A stretch of DNA of 61,466 nt, filler included, from Dugesia japonica (GCA_001938525.1; 6 parts of 6 records of this genome joined end to end with filler, not necessarily neighbours in it); one strand, 5' to 3'; positions 40,317-54,199 are shown, numbered from the whole stretch's first letter. Notes: generated by a model from the letters alone, not told the origin. Numbers and translations: made by a program.

Positions 40317-40844
40317 ATTTGGAAATTTTACAAATTAGATGATGATCCGATTATATCAGAGACAAATTACGTTTTTAAATATCCATTTATGGATATATTT
40401 TTTAGAAATTCTCGTAATAATCATCAATATCAAGATAATTTTAATATCACGGCTGTTTTTTCTAAGGAAGCAATATATCCAATAATTAAAAGACCATTTC
40501 ATGGAATATGGATAAATACACCCTGCGATATTGAAAGAGTTCTGAATGAAATATTGCTTAAACCAAAAGAATGTGTGAGTTCGCATATGAGCCATATTAC
40601 AGTAAAAGGGATGAAATCAATTAAACGTATTAATTGTAATCTTATGAAAGATGTATATCCATTTGTTGAAAGAAAATATTACATTAAAAATTCAGAATAT
40701 TTAGTTGTAGAAAAACTGGTAAAGAATGGTTGGACAATTCAAACAGTTGAATATTCTGTTCCAAAGATTTGCAGCCAAGAATTGTATTATTCTTCCAAAC
40801 AAAAACTATACAGAAACTATTTCAATTTACTAAATTATATTTGA
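40317..40844 (+). CDS. Uncharacterised intronless ORF of at least 175 codons, possibly a Polinton accessory gene
   Basis: Frame is open from the gap edge (IWKFYKLDDDPIISETNYVFKYPF) through ORF 40389-40844; polB remnant nearby. Confidence 0.55.
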   Translation: MWKFYKLDDDPIISETNYVFKYPFMDIFFRNSRNNHQYQDNFNITAVFSKEAIYPIIKRPFHGIWINTPCDIERVLNEILLKPKECVSSHMSHITVKGMKSIKRINCNLMKDVYPFVERKYYIKNSEYLVVEKLVKNGWTIQTVEYSVPKICSQELYYSSKQKLYRNYFNLLNYI

Positions 40845-42066
40845 TTTATTGTATTATTTTCTTAATTTCTCTTAGTGAAATTAATTTCCGTGTAAAACTG
40901 TATTGTAAATGTTCGTATACTTATAATAAGTATTTGATAATTTTTTAAGGTTGTAAGAAATTGATATAATGTAAGATATAAAATACATGAAAAATTTTGA
41001 AATTTTTTAATGAAAATATTTTTTTAAATTTGATTTTCTAATTTTTAACGATCTATGGGATTTTATTGTAAATTTTAATTTGATTCTAGTAATTCTTTAA
41101 AATTATGATTGAATATGCTTTACAAGTGCATTACATGGACATGCATACTGCCTTTAAAAGAGACCTGTTGACAAGCCTACCAATAACATACTTGCTTATT
41201 TAATACAACAAATTATAATAACATTGATTACTTCTAAAATCATTAATACAAAACATTTCATCTTTAGTTTTAAATTCAAAAAATATTGACAGCAACAGTC
41301 TAACTTGTTTTTAAATTTTTGAACTTTTTGATTCTAAAATATATGTACCGAATTTCTTTTGAAACTTTAAAAAGAAAATCATCAAAAATCAGCAAAATTG
41401 AAAGAGAACAATTTGAGTATAAATAGAAAAAGATAGAGAACAGAAAAAATGCATTAAAACAGAGAACATGTACTCTTAAAAGAGACCTGTTGACAAGCCT
41501 ATGTATATTGCATGCAAAGTACATAAATATTGCACGCATATTACATGTATATTGAATCTATAATACATGTTTATTAAACTTTTATTACAATATTTAGAAA
41601 ACTCAAAATTTTTAAAACATTTATTTCATATTACATAAGATATTACAACATGTTAGACACATTGCTTTTATTCAATTCTAGAAAGTTATTTCATTAAATT
41701 TCTTATTTAAATTGGTTCTCTTGTTGTTTGACATGATTTACATTTAACATATTCATAATAGATTTTCATCAATTTATTAATATCAATATCAGCGTTTTAA
41801 TCTTAACTAGTAAATTTCTGGTGCGCAGTATAGTAAACATTCCTTTAATTTTGTATAAAATGTTTCAAACATTCAAAGAATTACTTCTTAAACATACCTA
41901 CCAATACAATTTTATTTGAAAATAAATAAACCATGTTGCAACACATCACTATGTGTTTCTTTAAGATCAATCGTTTCTTGAGTATCCATCGTTTTATCTT
42001 TGAAAATGTTATCATTTTCTGTGATATCATTTGCTTCTTCTGTAATTTCGTTAACTAATCACATTA

Positions 42067-42846
42067 TCAAAATGTAAGTATGTTAAGCAACCTCTTCATT
42101 TTTTCATTATTTTGAAAATGAAAGAATTCCCAACTTTGACAAACTAATGGTTTTTCACAAATCCAACAGTCAGAAGAAGTATGATAATTAATTATATCTT
42201 TTTGTGTTACATTTAATGTTACAGGTTTTTTCCAATAATCTCCAATTAAATTATACATAATTTCATCACTTTTAATTACATATTTAATAAATTCTTTTAT
42301 ACAATTTCTACCATGAAAAACCTTGGTATAATCTTGTACTTGTTATTGATATAAAGATTTTAAATAGAGTGTTAATGTATATGGAATATGGGTATTAACT
42401 ATTCTTGTATCAGTAGTTATAACTCTCGGAGTTTTTTCATAGATATGACTCAATATCAGTGTAAATTGCAAATGGTTGTTTTAACTTATAATGAAATTGT
42501 TTAAACTTTAGATGAGATATTATTTCTTATTTGTGTTTTAATGCTTAGCATTTTCAAGTAATTAGGCTTTTCTTTCTGAATTCTGACATTGATTAAATTT
42601 ATTTATGACATCATTCAGCTGATTTTTTATATCAACTTAGATAATTAATCTATTATTAATATTTCCTTTAGAATAATAAGGGTGAAGATTTATAACATTT
42701 AATCTATTAATTTTCCGTTCTTCTCTATTATATCTACATACTTCACGTCGATTTAAACGAAAAGTGGATCTATAAGTTCTAGTTATCTTATTTCTTCTTA
42801 TAATTTGAGGTAAATTAGGATTCTTATTTTTTCTTAACTCTGGCAT
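42067..42846 (-). pseudogene. Polinton/Maverick DNA polymerase B, N-terminal/exonuclease remnant
   Basis: QPFAIYTDIES (PFVIYADFES), NTHIPY, FHGRNCIKEFIKY, DCWICEKPL. Confidence 0.8.
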
Positions 42847-44277
42847 GTTTTTTTTATTAAATTAACTTTTTATAATTATTATTGTTAGTGTTATTTATTT
42901 AAAATAATGCAAATTTAAAAAAGCTTAGTATTACACAAGTTGAATGAATAAACCTTGTAGCACGCCGATTTCATTTTTCAGCAGTTTTATTATTATTCGT
43001 ATTATTATTATTATTTTTACTATTTTTATTATTAATACTATTATTGTTTATTATTATTCAATAATGTTATACTACAATAATATATTAAAAATCTACCAAT
43101 GTCGTCGTCTAATGTAATGATACCACGATGTCTATAAATACATCACAATATAACATTGAACGAAATATAATCCACTTTATTTTTTATCGATTTGCTTGGT
43201 AAATACTTCAAAAGATTTAAAATATTTGCTATTTGCCGATTTGTTATTCTTCTGGAAAATTTTAATGATTCTATAGTAAGTTTTTATTATTTTCTTTCAG
43301 GAACGTACATATGATCCATAATCAAAAGCATTAGCAAGATAAATTTACTGAAAATGGTTCTGAGTAGCAGCGTTTATATATTCAATTAATACGAAATCTA
43401 CACTTTTAAAAAACACGTACGCTCATATAGGTAAACATGTCCTCTTTCAAACCACATCAGATTAATTTTAACCCCACAATTAATAACAACACCAGACAGA
43501 TTTTAAGTGCAATGTATGATAACTCATCACTGTAGTGTCATGCGGACATGGGTCTCTAACATTCAGTTGCATTTTGTACTAAAAAAGGTATAGGTATATT
43601 TCAAAGGTCAAATCCATCTTTGGAACTTCAAAAAAGTGAACACACACATAAAAACGTTTGAGTCAAATTTAAGATTTTGAAATATCTTTATACACACTCA
43701 AAGCACACACAATAGGATTTCTTTGAATAACATTTTTTAAATAAAAAACCATCTATTATAAAGAAGAATATATATGTTTTAATTTTATTATGACGATAAA
43801 TAAAAAATTTTTAATTATTGATTTTAAAATTATTAAACTATTAAATCTATTATTTTTTTATGATACTTAAAATCATAATTATTACAGAAAAATGAAATTG
43901 TACAAAAACTATTGCACAAGTGTGAGTCATAATGGTGACTGTCATAGTCTTATAGAAAGCTTTATAAGAAAAAGTACTTTATGTGTCCTAATTGTAGGAC
44001 ATTAGAATAAGTCAATATAATTGTTTTTTAGAATCCATACATATCAACTATCAAGTTTTAATGAAAATAAGAAAAAATTTTAAAAACAATTTTTAATGAA
44101 TGATTAATATATATTTATAAGTTATTAGAAATGCAAACTATAATTATACTTAGAATGGAATGAATTCATAATAAATAAATAATCAACCATGATTGTGATA
44201 ATTGATATTTAATCAACCGTACATTTTGTGAAAAAGAATAGTGTTTTGATTTTTCATATGCATTATTATTATTATTA

Positions 44278-45660
44278 AGTAGTTAGATAGTGGCACATGG
44301 GCACAAATTAATAAATCAAGAAAATTAAGTGCCTATGAATTTTAGACTGTTCATTTTTTGCAAAATAACAGACTGTCACATCTAAAGCAAAAATATTTTT
44401 TAAAAAAATCAAAAATGCCTAAAAGTAGTTAGATATGTCCGCACTGCCGCACCTCCCTCCCCCCCATAGCCAGAAAAAATTTTTTCGCGACAAAATTTTT
44501 TTGACAAAATTTTTTTTAAAAATTTTTTTGAAAAATTTTTTTTGAAAAATTTTTTTTGACAAAAATTTTTTTTTTGAAAATTTTTTTTGTTAAGAAAAAA
44601 TCTTTAAGAAAATTTTTTTTTTCAAAATTTTAAAATTTTTTCAAAAGTATTTCTAGGTTAATGTGTGTATGCTATCGATGTTTTGAAAAGTGAAAAAGAT
44701 GCGCGCCAGTATGCGTCGCAATGTTCTGTAACTAATTTTTGAAAAATATGATCGGATCAATAAAATATTTGAATTTGAATTTAAATTTTTATTGTTTTAT
44801 TTGTTGTAATTGTTTTTAATTGTTTTTAATTGTTTTAATTGTTTATTGTAATTGTTTTAATTGTTTTTTGAGATATGGACTTGAAACTATTACCATCAGT
44901 CTTAAAATTAAAAGTTATCTATACATAGTCTAAAGTACTATGCTCAAAAAATGCTTCGTTTCGACTCCATAGATTTGTCCGCACTGCCGCACCCCCCCCC
45001 CTAGCCAGAAATTTTTTTTTACGAGTAGATGTAAAATTAAAAAGTAATATAGGAATGTCTCATGAAATTGTATTGTAAAATGCTTCCTTCTAGTTGAAAA
45101 TTAGTAAGAAAGATTTTTGTTTTAACAAAAATTTTTTTTTCAAACTTTTTAAAAAGTAATTCTAGCTGAATGTGTGTTTCAAACTCATGGGAATCTTTCT
45201 AAAATGTTCAAGATTCATTTTTCAAATATCATGAGAGCCATAATGAAGAAAAGTTCAATTTGAAACGAAAATTAACTGATTCATCGATTGATGTTACAAA
45301 GAAAAAACATTGTATTTAAATAAATCCTTTTTTTAAAAACACTTTTTTTTATTTTATTGATCCGATCATATTTTTCAAAAATTAATTACAGAACATTGCG
45401 ACGCATACTGGCGCGCATCTCTTACAAAAATATCAAGACTGAGCCATCTAAAGTAAAATATAAAGAAATAATCAATAATGCATCAATCAAGACTGTCCGA
45501 TATTTTGTAATAATATGTCACAAAATTTCAAGTCTGTCCATACCATGCATAAATAACTTGTAAATATCTTACAAAATATCAAGAGGAAAATATCAAGACT
45601 GCCCGATATCTTGTAATAATAACTTTAAAAATATCAAGAGGAACATTGGGGTTTTGATGG
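44278..45660 (+). mobile_element. Nested Polinton-like termini
   Basis: AGTAGTTAGA starts at 44278 and 44424; GC-rich blocks, A/T runs, internal direct and inverted repeats. Confidence 0.6.
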
Positions 45661-45759
45661 TATTAATTTAATTGATTCGTTTAAAGAAATAAATAAAATG
45701 TTATACATTATTAATAAATTAAAAAAAACTAAGATAATCAAATTATTCAATGTAAACTA

Positions 45760-46585
45760 AAATACCCTCATAGGTCTTATATTACACAGTTGCTATGAAA
45801 ATAATATACTCATAAAACCTATATTACTTAGTTGATAAGTACATAATGCTATGATATTATACAAATATTACACTCATAAATCCTATATTCCATGATTACT
45901 GTGTACACATACCTTCATAAGCCTTATATTAAACGTTTTCTATGTAAATAATTCCTTCATAAGTATAATATTATACGGTTGTTATGTAAATAAAACAAGG
46001 TAACTATGACAATAATAGACTCATAAGTCTTATATTACACAGTTACTATGTAAATAAAACACTCAAACACCCTATAATATATGGTAACTATGTAAATATT
46101 AAAAGGTAACTATGCAAATAATACACTTATAATCCTTGAGTACATGGTTGCTATGTAAAAAATGCATACAAAAACCATTAAACAGTTGTTTTGTAAATAA
46201 TATATGCGTAAACCCTATAATAGACGGTTGCTATTTAAATAATACAAGGTAAATATGGAAATAATATACTCATAAACCTTATAATACTGGGTTACTATTT
46301 AAATAATACACACAAAAATCATATATTTAACGGTTGTTATGTAAATATTAAATGGTACCTAAGCAAATATTACACTATTAAACCTTATATTACATGGCTA
46401 ATATGTAAATAATATACTCATAAACTCTATATTACATTTTTACTATGCAAAAAGTACCTTCATAAGCCTTATATTACACGTTTGTTATGTAAATAATTCC
46501 TTCATAAGTTTTATATTTCATAAACCTTATATTTCATTGTTGGTATGTAAAAAATACAAGGTAGCTACGCAAATAATATACTCAT
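45760..46585. repeat. ~42-bp degenerate tandem array with ~21-bp half units; resumes at about 49347-49505
   Basis: Consensus-like AATAATATACTCATAAACCTTATATTACACGGTTACTATGTA. Confidence 0.9.
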
Positions 46586-49346
46586 TGTGAGGAAATGTAT
46601 GTTTCTTAAATGTTTTAAGTGTTTTTATTTTTTATGAATGTGTAATTGATGGAAGCTTTATTTGTTTATTGAGAAGTTTTAGAAACTCTTGTTTAAATAA
46701 TATTTGTGGCGGATTTTTAAATACGGAGTAAAATTGTAATTATTCTTTAGGAACTTTATTCACTTTTGGTATAAAGCAATACGCAAGGTTTAAATATTTT
46801 TTATTAATTACTAATTATATAAAGAATAGTATTTTGGTGTAATTATTTTCTAGATAAAACATTTGTCACATTTTAATATAATATTTTGCAATATTATTTA
46901 AATCTTGCAGATAGTATTTTTTCATTTATTTATTGTTGAACAATTGTTTTTAGAAATAAATGTTATCAACAGAAGAAAGTGTTTTTAATGTAGTGTATGT
47001 AGGCCCAACCCCTAATATGGTGGCAGCCGTCAATACGGACTCCATAGCGGACCGGTTGATGCCCGAAATATTTGGAAGGCATGATGATGTCGCAGAATCT
47101 ATAAGGAAATGCTACTTATACTTTGAAGTCAAGGAAATAACTAATAAGAGAGAGCAAGAAAGATTACTTACTTGCATGATAAAAGAAGATCTACTAGGAA
47201 AATATGTTAAAACTTTAGGAAAAGCAGATGGTTTCCAAGGGCGTTTGAGTAGAGCTTTTAGTAAAGAGAGAGAAAACAGCAAAACTCTTGGTATTGTGTG
47301 CAGGAAATAAAAAGGTTTAGGAAGACGTGGTACTGAGTAGAAGAGATAAAGTAGAAGAGATCAAAGAGACAATCAAACTATTAGATAAAGTAAAAGTCAA
47401 TGGGGATTCAGATAATGTTATGAGTTTTGCAAAAGTGGTTAAAGGTACTAGAGTAGTCAATCAATCTTTAGAAATAAGACGATCAGAAAATCGGAGGATA
47501 TAAAAAGAGACATCTAGAAAACCGAAATTATGGTAGCGAGCAACGGAATAGTAATATGGAGGGGCGGCCGACGTTGTAGGGGATGTAATAAAGAAGGTTA
47601 TTTAAGACGGGAATGTACTTTAAGTCCAAGGATAAGATATTGGACATGTGGACAAGAGGGTCATGTCAGCAGAAAATGTCCAGGTAGACACCAAGTTCAT
47701 TGTTTTCGATGTGGATTGAAAGGTCATATCAGTATGGAATGTCATGGAATAAATAACAGTTTTGGAAATTATAGAAAATATGATACGGATGGAAATTAAA
47801 AAGAGTATGTTAAGAAAGACGGGTAATGAAGAAGTACTAATCAGGTGAATAGAGGTAATAGATACAAACAATTGAATGCCCTAGAAGGGGGGTTGAGCCA
47901 ACAAGAAGAAGATGAAATAGAAAGTGTGGAAGTTAACGCTAGATTCCCAAAAGCACGGGCTCTAATAGTAGGGTAGTTAATCGTAGCTATATATTAAAAG
48001 GTAGTTCTATCAAATATCCTCGATTTATGTAAAGATGGGAGAACGCGAATGTGGTAGGACGGAGCTAATAGTTTTCATAGTAGGAAGTCGAGTACTGCCA
48101 AATATGATTGGAAGAATGAAAATTTTAAATTTTGATTATGCCAAAATGACGAAGAACGAAAAAAAAAGAAAGGAAAATTTATATCTGTAATTTGGAGGCC
48201 AATTTTGGCAGACATGTTAATAAAAACGAACGCTGGCAGAGAGCAAGTGCTAGTATAGAATAGGAAGGTGATAATCATTTAAAGGAGATTTGCAAAATGA
48301 GAGGAGAGGTGTTCATAGCGGATAAATGGGATGTTGGCAGGACTCATTTAATCAAACATAATATAGTTACAAAAGGTGGACCTATTAATGTAAAACCATA
48401 TAGACAGCTGATCAATCTCGAAGATATGATAGATGATGCAATTAAAAATCTGTTAGAGAATGACATTATTCGAAATTATAATTCACCATGGAACACACTT
48501 TTGGTATGTGTGTGGAAGAAGGAGAAAAAAGACATAAGATTATGTCTGGATTTTAGAAGATGGAACGAGATCACAGAAAGACAAGCTTTCCGAATATTGA
48601 GGAAATGTTGGACAAATTGAGTGAGACAACATATTTCAGTTTGATTGATCTGGGCAATGCGTATTACCACGTGGAATTGGACAAAAACTCTCAAGAGAAG
48701 ACGATATTCTCCACAAAGCAGGGACAGTAAAATTTTAAACAGATGCCATTTGTAATAGCGGCAGCTCCTGGAACTTTTCAGGAGATGATGGTTGAAGTAA
48801 TAAGAGGAATACGAGGAGCAATGGTATACTTGGGTGACATATTGGTGTTTTTGAAGTCGAGGGAGGAACATTATGAGATTACAGAAAATGTTTTAGACAG
48901 AATCTTGGAAGCAGTTCTGAGAATAAATCCAAAAAATGCTCTTTTATGAAACGGGAAAATTTTTAGGACACATAATAAGTGAGAGAGGAATTCAAACAGA
49001 TCCATTAAAAGTAGAAGCAATAAAATCTTTTGGAGAGCCAAAATGTGTGAAGAAACTACGTAATTTTTTGGCATATGCAACTACTACTGGAAGTTTATAA
49101 AAGATTATGCCATGAAGGCTAGAAAACTGGAATAATTATGCAGTGGTCAGGGCAACGCAAAATTTGTTTTGTCTGCAGAGTTGTCGGAGATTTTCGAAGG
49201 ATTGAAAACAGCACTAACCATAACACTAATGCTGGGGTTCCCAGATTTACGGAGAGAATTCATCTTGGACATGGACGCAAGCTTTAGCATGGTTGGCGCA
49301 GTGTTGGCACAAAAAGACGAATATGTGAAAGAAAGAGTGATTGCGT
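46586..49346 (+). mobile_element. 3'-truncated Ty3/Gypsy element: 5' LTR (46586-46870), gag, RT, start of RNase H
   Basis: TGTGA...TCACA LTR; gag 46960; knuckles such as CFRCGLKGHISMEC; RLCLDFRRWN, IDLGNAYYHV, MPF, YLGDILVF, FILDMDAS...GAVLAQ. Confidence 0.9.
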
Positions 49347-49959
49347 AAACCCTATAATACTGGGTTACTAGGAATTAATACAATCATAATCCTTATAATA
49401 GATGGTTGCAATGTAAATAATACACTCACAAATCTTATATTTTATGGTTGTTTTGTAAATAATACCAGGTAACTATGCAATTAATATACTCATAAACTAT
49501 ATTATTCAGGATTTTAAATAGATTTTTTATTAAAACTTGCATTGGTAAGGATATTTTTTATAGAAAATTACCACTAGTAATGTTTTTAAAAAAAGTTCTG
49601 TTTTTTATCTTTTTGTAATGAAAAGTTTTAATTTGAATATTTATTCATGTAATTATCCCAAAGACTCGCCTCTTTAAAGTTTTTTGAGAGGTAAATTTTA
49701 TCATGCAAATATCAAAAAGACTTCCCTCTTTGGTTAGTTTTACTAGTTATATTTTTATAATGTAAATATCACAGACTCCTATTTGAAGTTTTTTGATAGA
49801 TATATATTCATAAATGCAAAACAGAAGGAATACAGTTGCAACACACATACACTGAAAATCACAAGTATGAGAATTTTTAAAACTCAACAAAGCCGCCATT
49901 TTGAATTTTTTAATAAACACAATAAATATGTAACTCAGATGCAACACAGATATACTGAA

Positions 49960-50560
49960 AATTATGTGGCTACGAATTTTAGACTGTTCATTCCTTGCAA
50001 AATCACAAAACTGTCACATCTAAAGCAAAAATTTAAAAAAAAAATCAATAATGCCTAAATCGCTTACAAAAATATCAAAACTGAGCCATTTAAAGTAAAA
50101 TATAAAGAAATGATCAATCAAGACTGTCCAATATCTTGTAATAATATCTTAAAATTTATCAAGAGTGCCCGATATCTTGTAATAATATCAGTAGGTAGAT
50201 ATGAGCGCACCAAGGCGGGCCCCTCGAGGGGGGTGGGGGTACCCCCGATGAGTCATAGCCCCGTCCATTTTTGGACACGCCCACTTTTTATCTTTTGCCC
50301 CACCCATTTTTTGGCCACACCCACTTTTATCTTTTTTGCCACGCCTACTTTTTTCTCCGCCCACTTTCTAGTGATGAGTCATACTTTTTTTCGAAAATTT
50401 ATCTATGTCAGAACAAAGACCATACCCCTCACCCTCCGGCCATTTTGAATTTTGTGATGAGTCATACTTTTTTCTCGAAAATTTTTCAGAACAAAGACCA
50501 TACGCCCCCTCACATAAACACATAACTTAAAAAAATTTTTTTTTTGTTTAAATAAATTTT
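49960..50560 (+). mobile_element. Second copy of the 44330/45420 repeat followed by another Polinton-like terminus
   Basis: GAATTTTAGACTGTTCATT...GCCTAAA copy; AGTAGGTAGATATG at 50190, then GC-rich GCCACGCCCACTTT repeats. Confidence 0.6.
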
Positions 50561-51435
50561 TTTAAATTAACTTTTGTTTTTAAATAATTTTTTTTTTACA
50601 TTTATTTTTTTTTAAAATTTTTTTTTCTATTTAAGTTTACGTGACTTATTAAAGTCTTTGTTAAACTTGCATTAAAACTGCACTTTTTTTCCCCCTACAC
50701 ACATGAAACAAAATTAAGACGAACCAATGATGATATAAAATGTGAATGATTATATATAAACCAATTCTCATTTCATTGTTTTTTTTCCGAATGAAAATAT
50801 AAATGAATCTAGATCAATTTCAATGGAGGCACACTGTCATGGATACGTGCAATGAGCAAGCAGTGGTAACATTATTTGTTTTTTTTTAAATGCAATTTTT
50901 TTTGTTAATTATTAAGATTTTTTATTTTTTTTTTTAAAATTTTTAAATATTTTTTTTTGTAAAATTTTTTTTTTAAAAATATTCATTTTTAAATTTTTTT
51001 CTTTAGTTTTTTTTTGTCATATTTTTTAGAAATTTGATACAATACTAAAGAAAACAAAATATCTAGTTACATTAAAAAATTTTTTTTGAATTTACCAACT
51101 AAACTATATATAATCACAAACCAAAATTATTGATTTTTTNNNNNNNNNNNNNNNNNNNNNNNNNNNNNNNNNNNNNNNNNNNNTTAATTAATTAANNNNN
51201 NNNNNNNNNNNNNNNNNNNNNNNNNNNNNNNNNNNNNNNTATACTAAGTATGATTAATAAGTTAATAATGTACATTAGTTGAAATGAACCTATATTTTCA
51301 AATAATTTTATTAATTTAAAATGGAACATATGTGAATGATTGACTGAATTATTTGGTTTGATAGATAGTACAAGAATAATTAATTGAGTGAAGAATTGAT
51401 AGATTGTATATAGTCACTTGTCAGTATTAGAGTCA

Positions 51436-52021
51436 TTATTACAGAAATTTATGTAAATTTTAACCAGCTTTAGAAAAGTTCCTGTTAATTTTCAATGATG
51501 ATTAAAATGTTTATGAAAATTTTCTACGATAATTAAAAAGATTGTGGAAATTATCGATGATGATTAAAAAGATTGTGGAAATTTTGACTAGTTTTAAAAA
51601 AGTTTATGTAAATTTTCAAAGATTTTTAAAAAGTTCGAGTAAATTTTAGAATTATTTTCTCGCTCTTTTAAATAGGATATTTTGATTTTAGAAAGGTTCA
51701 TGTAAAATTTAACTAGTTTTAGAAAGGTTCCTGTAAAGTTTGACTAGTTTTAAAATAGTTCATGTAAATTTTAAACATTGTTTTAAAATATACTAAAACA
51801 AACTTTTTACAAAGTTTAAATGATTATAAAATTTTCAATTATGCAATCTCAATAAAAAATTTCNNNNNNNNNNNNNNNNNNNNNNNNNNNNNNNNNNNNN
51901 NNNNNNNNNNNNNTTATTACAGAAATTTATGTAAATTTTAACCAGCTTTAGAAAAGTTCCTGTTAATTTTCAATGATGATTAAAATGCTTATGAAAATTT
52001 TCAACGATAATTAAAAAGATT
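51436..52021. repeat. ~31-bp degenerate tandem array
   Basis: Units like TTTTAGAAAGGTTCATGTAAAATTTAACTAG; about 51436-51545 recurs after the gap. Confidence 0.8.
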
Positions 52022-52799
52022 AATTCTTTATTATTATCCCGGAATTTATTTTTCATACTACTTAGAAAACTAGTAGATTTATTACAGAAATGTAAAACAT
52101 TGATTTAATACTAAATTATTAATGATAGAGCTCATTTAGTTCTTGAATTATACTTAATACCAGGAATATAATGCATCGATTATTCTTTTAAGTTTAATCA
52201 AACTACTATTAAAACAATTGAAAAATTTATCGATTTTTCAAGCAATAAAATTTGAGAATTTTCCCAAAATTTTTTTTTTAGAAATTTCTGGTTTTATATT
52301 AAATTAAAAATTTTGGGTAAAAGGCAGAAGAATGAATTGAAATTCTGTAAAAAAAAACAAAATNNNNNNNNNNNNNNNNNNNNNNNNNNNNNNNNNNNNN
52401 NNNNNNNNNNNNNNNNNNNNNNNNNNNNNNNNNNNNNNNNNNNNNNNNNNNNNNNNNNNNNNNNNNNNNNNNNNNNNNNNNNNNNNNTCTTAAATATTTA
52501 TTTTCTAAAGATATGTTTTGACAAACTTTTTATTATCTTCATGCAAAATATTTTAATTCATTTGAAGTTTTGATTATGTAACCAATTATGCAATCTGTTC
52601 ACTAGATAAACTTAATTAAAAACATTTAATAAAGACCTAGAAAACCATATTTTAACCTCAAATTTTGGACCAATCAATCTAATCTTCAATGCTTCACACA
52701 TAATTCTCTCCAAAATGTTTATTCATAAAATTATTAAATTAATAATACTAATAACTAATTTACAACTAATATAATGATCAGCGACATTACTTCCACTAC

Positions 52800-52960
52800 T
52801 AACTCGACGATCCTCATTGTATTCCATCATTTAATCTCAAATTCTGAAGCGTTCAAACCATCTTTTGCAAGTTGCTTTTGAAGTAGCATTGTTGACTTAA
52901 GACTCCACAGATATTCTTTGAGTTTTTGAAGCAGACATTTTAATGTTAGAATAGAACAGT
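52800..52960 (-). pseudogene. mariner N-terminal HTH fragment
   Basis: SASKTQ.NICGV..NNATSKATCKRWFERFR. Confidence 0.55.
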
Positions 52961-54199
52961 ATCTCTTACCACAAATGGTGCTAATTTCGTATATATTTTT
53001 CCATCTAAAAAAAGCTAAATCCATCTAAATTTTCTCCATGGGAAAACATATTGTTAGTATAAGGAAATAAATAATAATTAAAAAAATTTCTACCAATAGA
53101 AATTGTTGAATTTATGTTGAATAATTTTTTAGTTCCTATTTCAACAAAGTTATTAATACATTTTCTTAGTTGTAATTTGAAATAGAAATGTCTGAAATTA
53201 ATTGTTGAAATTTGCAAAATCAATTATCGTTAGAAGATATACCTAACAGTTAGAAGTATCAGAAAATCTTTTACTGAATATTTTTGATAGCAGTTAGTTC
53301 AATTAAATAAATCAATCATTTTTAATAGTATAGATTTTTAAATAAACTAGCTCACTTTCAAAGCACACACCTAGTATTCCAGATTAAATTGTTGGATAGT
53401 AATTCAAGTTTCTCTACGGGAGCTTTACGAAATCCTAGTGCAGATAATATAACTTAATGTTATCTTGTTTTATTTAATTGAGTTGGTATAGCTGAGAAAC
53501 GATAATTATTTTTAACATTTCATGTCTCAAAAGCAAATTTGCACTGATAGATTATGTTTAAATACACTGAATAATTATAGTTCTAAAAAATCTTTAGGTA
53601 ATCGAAGTAAATACTTTTTTTCATTTCATTAATAAAAGTTGTTCAATTAACAAGTTATTTCACTGTTATTTATTTTATATTTTTTACAAAATTTACCAAT
53701 TAAAAACTCAGTGAAATACCACATTTTAACAAAGCATACATCCAAACTGTCCCTACACTTGTGGATATTTTTAGAGACTCTTTCAAAGCTTACAAATTTC
53801 TTAAGAAATACAAATTTATAACAAATTAAAATCGAAAAACAATATTAAATCAAAGAGAAATAAATGGAAAAATCAGTCTTTCGGAAATCAAAATCAGGAA
53901 AATAAAACAAATTAACTTGGTGATTTTCCACAATAAAACCTTTTCTAAATTTTGGAGATTATTATATTTATTGAAATTCGAAAATAATTTACTAAAAGCC
54001 ATAACTCAATCTAGTTAGAGATCAAATAGAAATCCATCAATGACTAGATAAGAAATTTATCAAGACCTAAAACCAAATTTATTAATTATTACAGTACAAT
54101 TTACCGAAATCCAATTTATTTTCAAAAAATGAAATTCAACCGTTAAGTATAAGTTGATTAAAATTACCCAAAATTAAACATAAATATATCTTTGTTAGT

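Noticed and set aside
45760-46585. CRISPR-like array (also 11405-11830 and 51436-52021)
   Set aside because: Degenerate head-to-tail units with no unique spacers, no cas genes, eukaryotic context
50110-50525. ORFs 50110-50448 and 50271-50525
   Set aside because: Translations of GC-rich terminal repeats
53350-53450. SGILGVCFE as a MATE-like exon
   Set aside because: Opposite strand, in-frame stops, match too short
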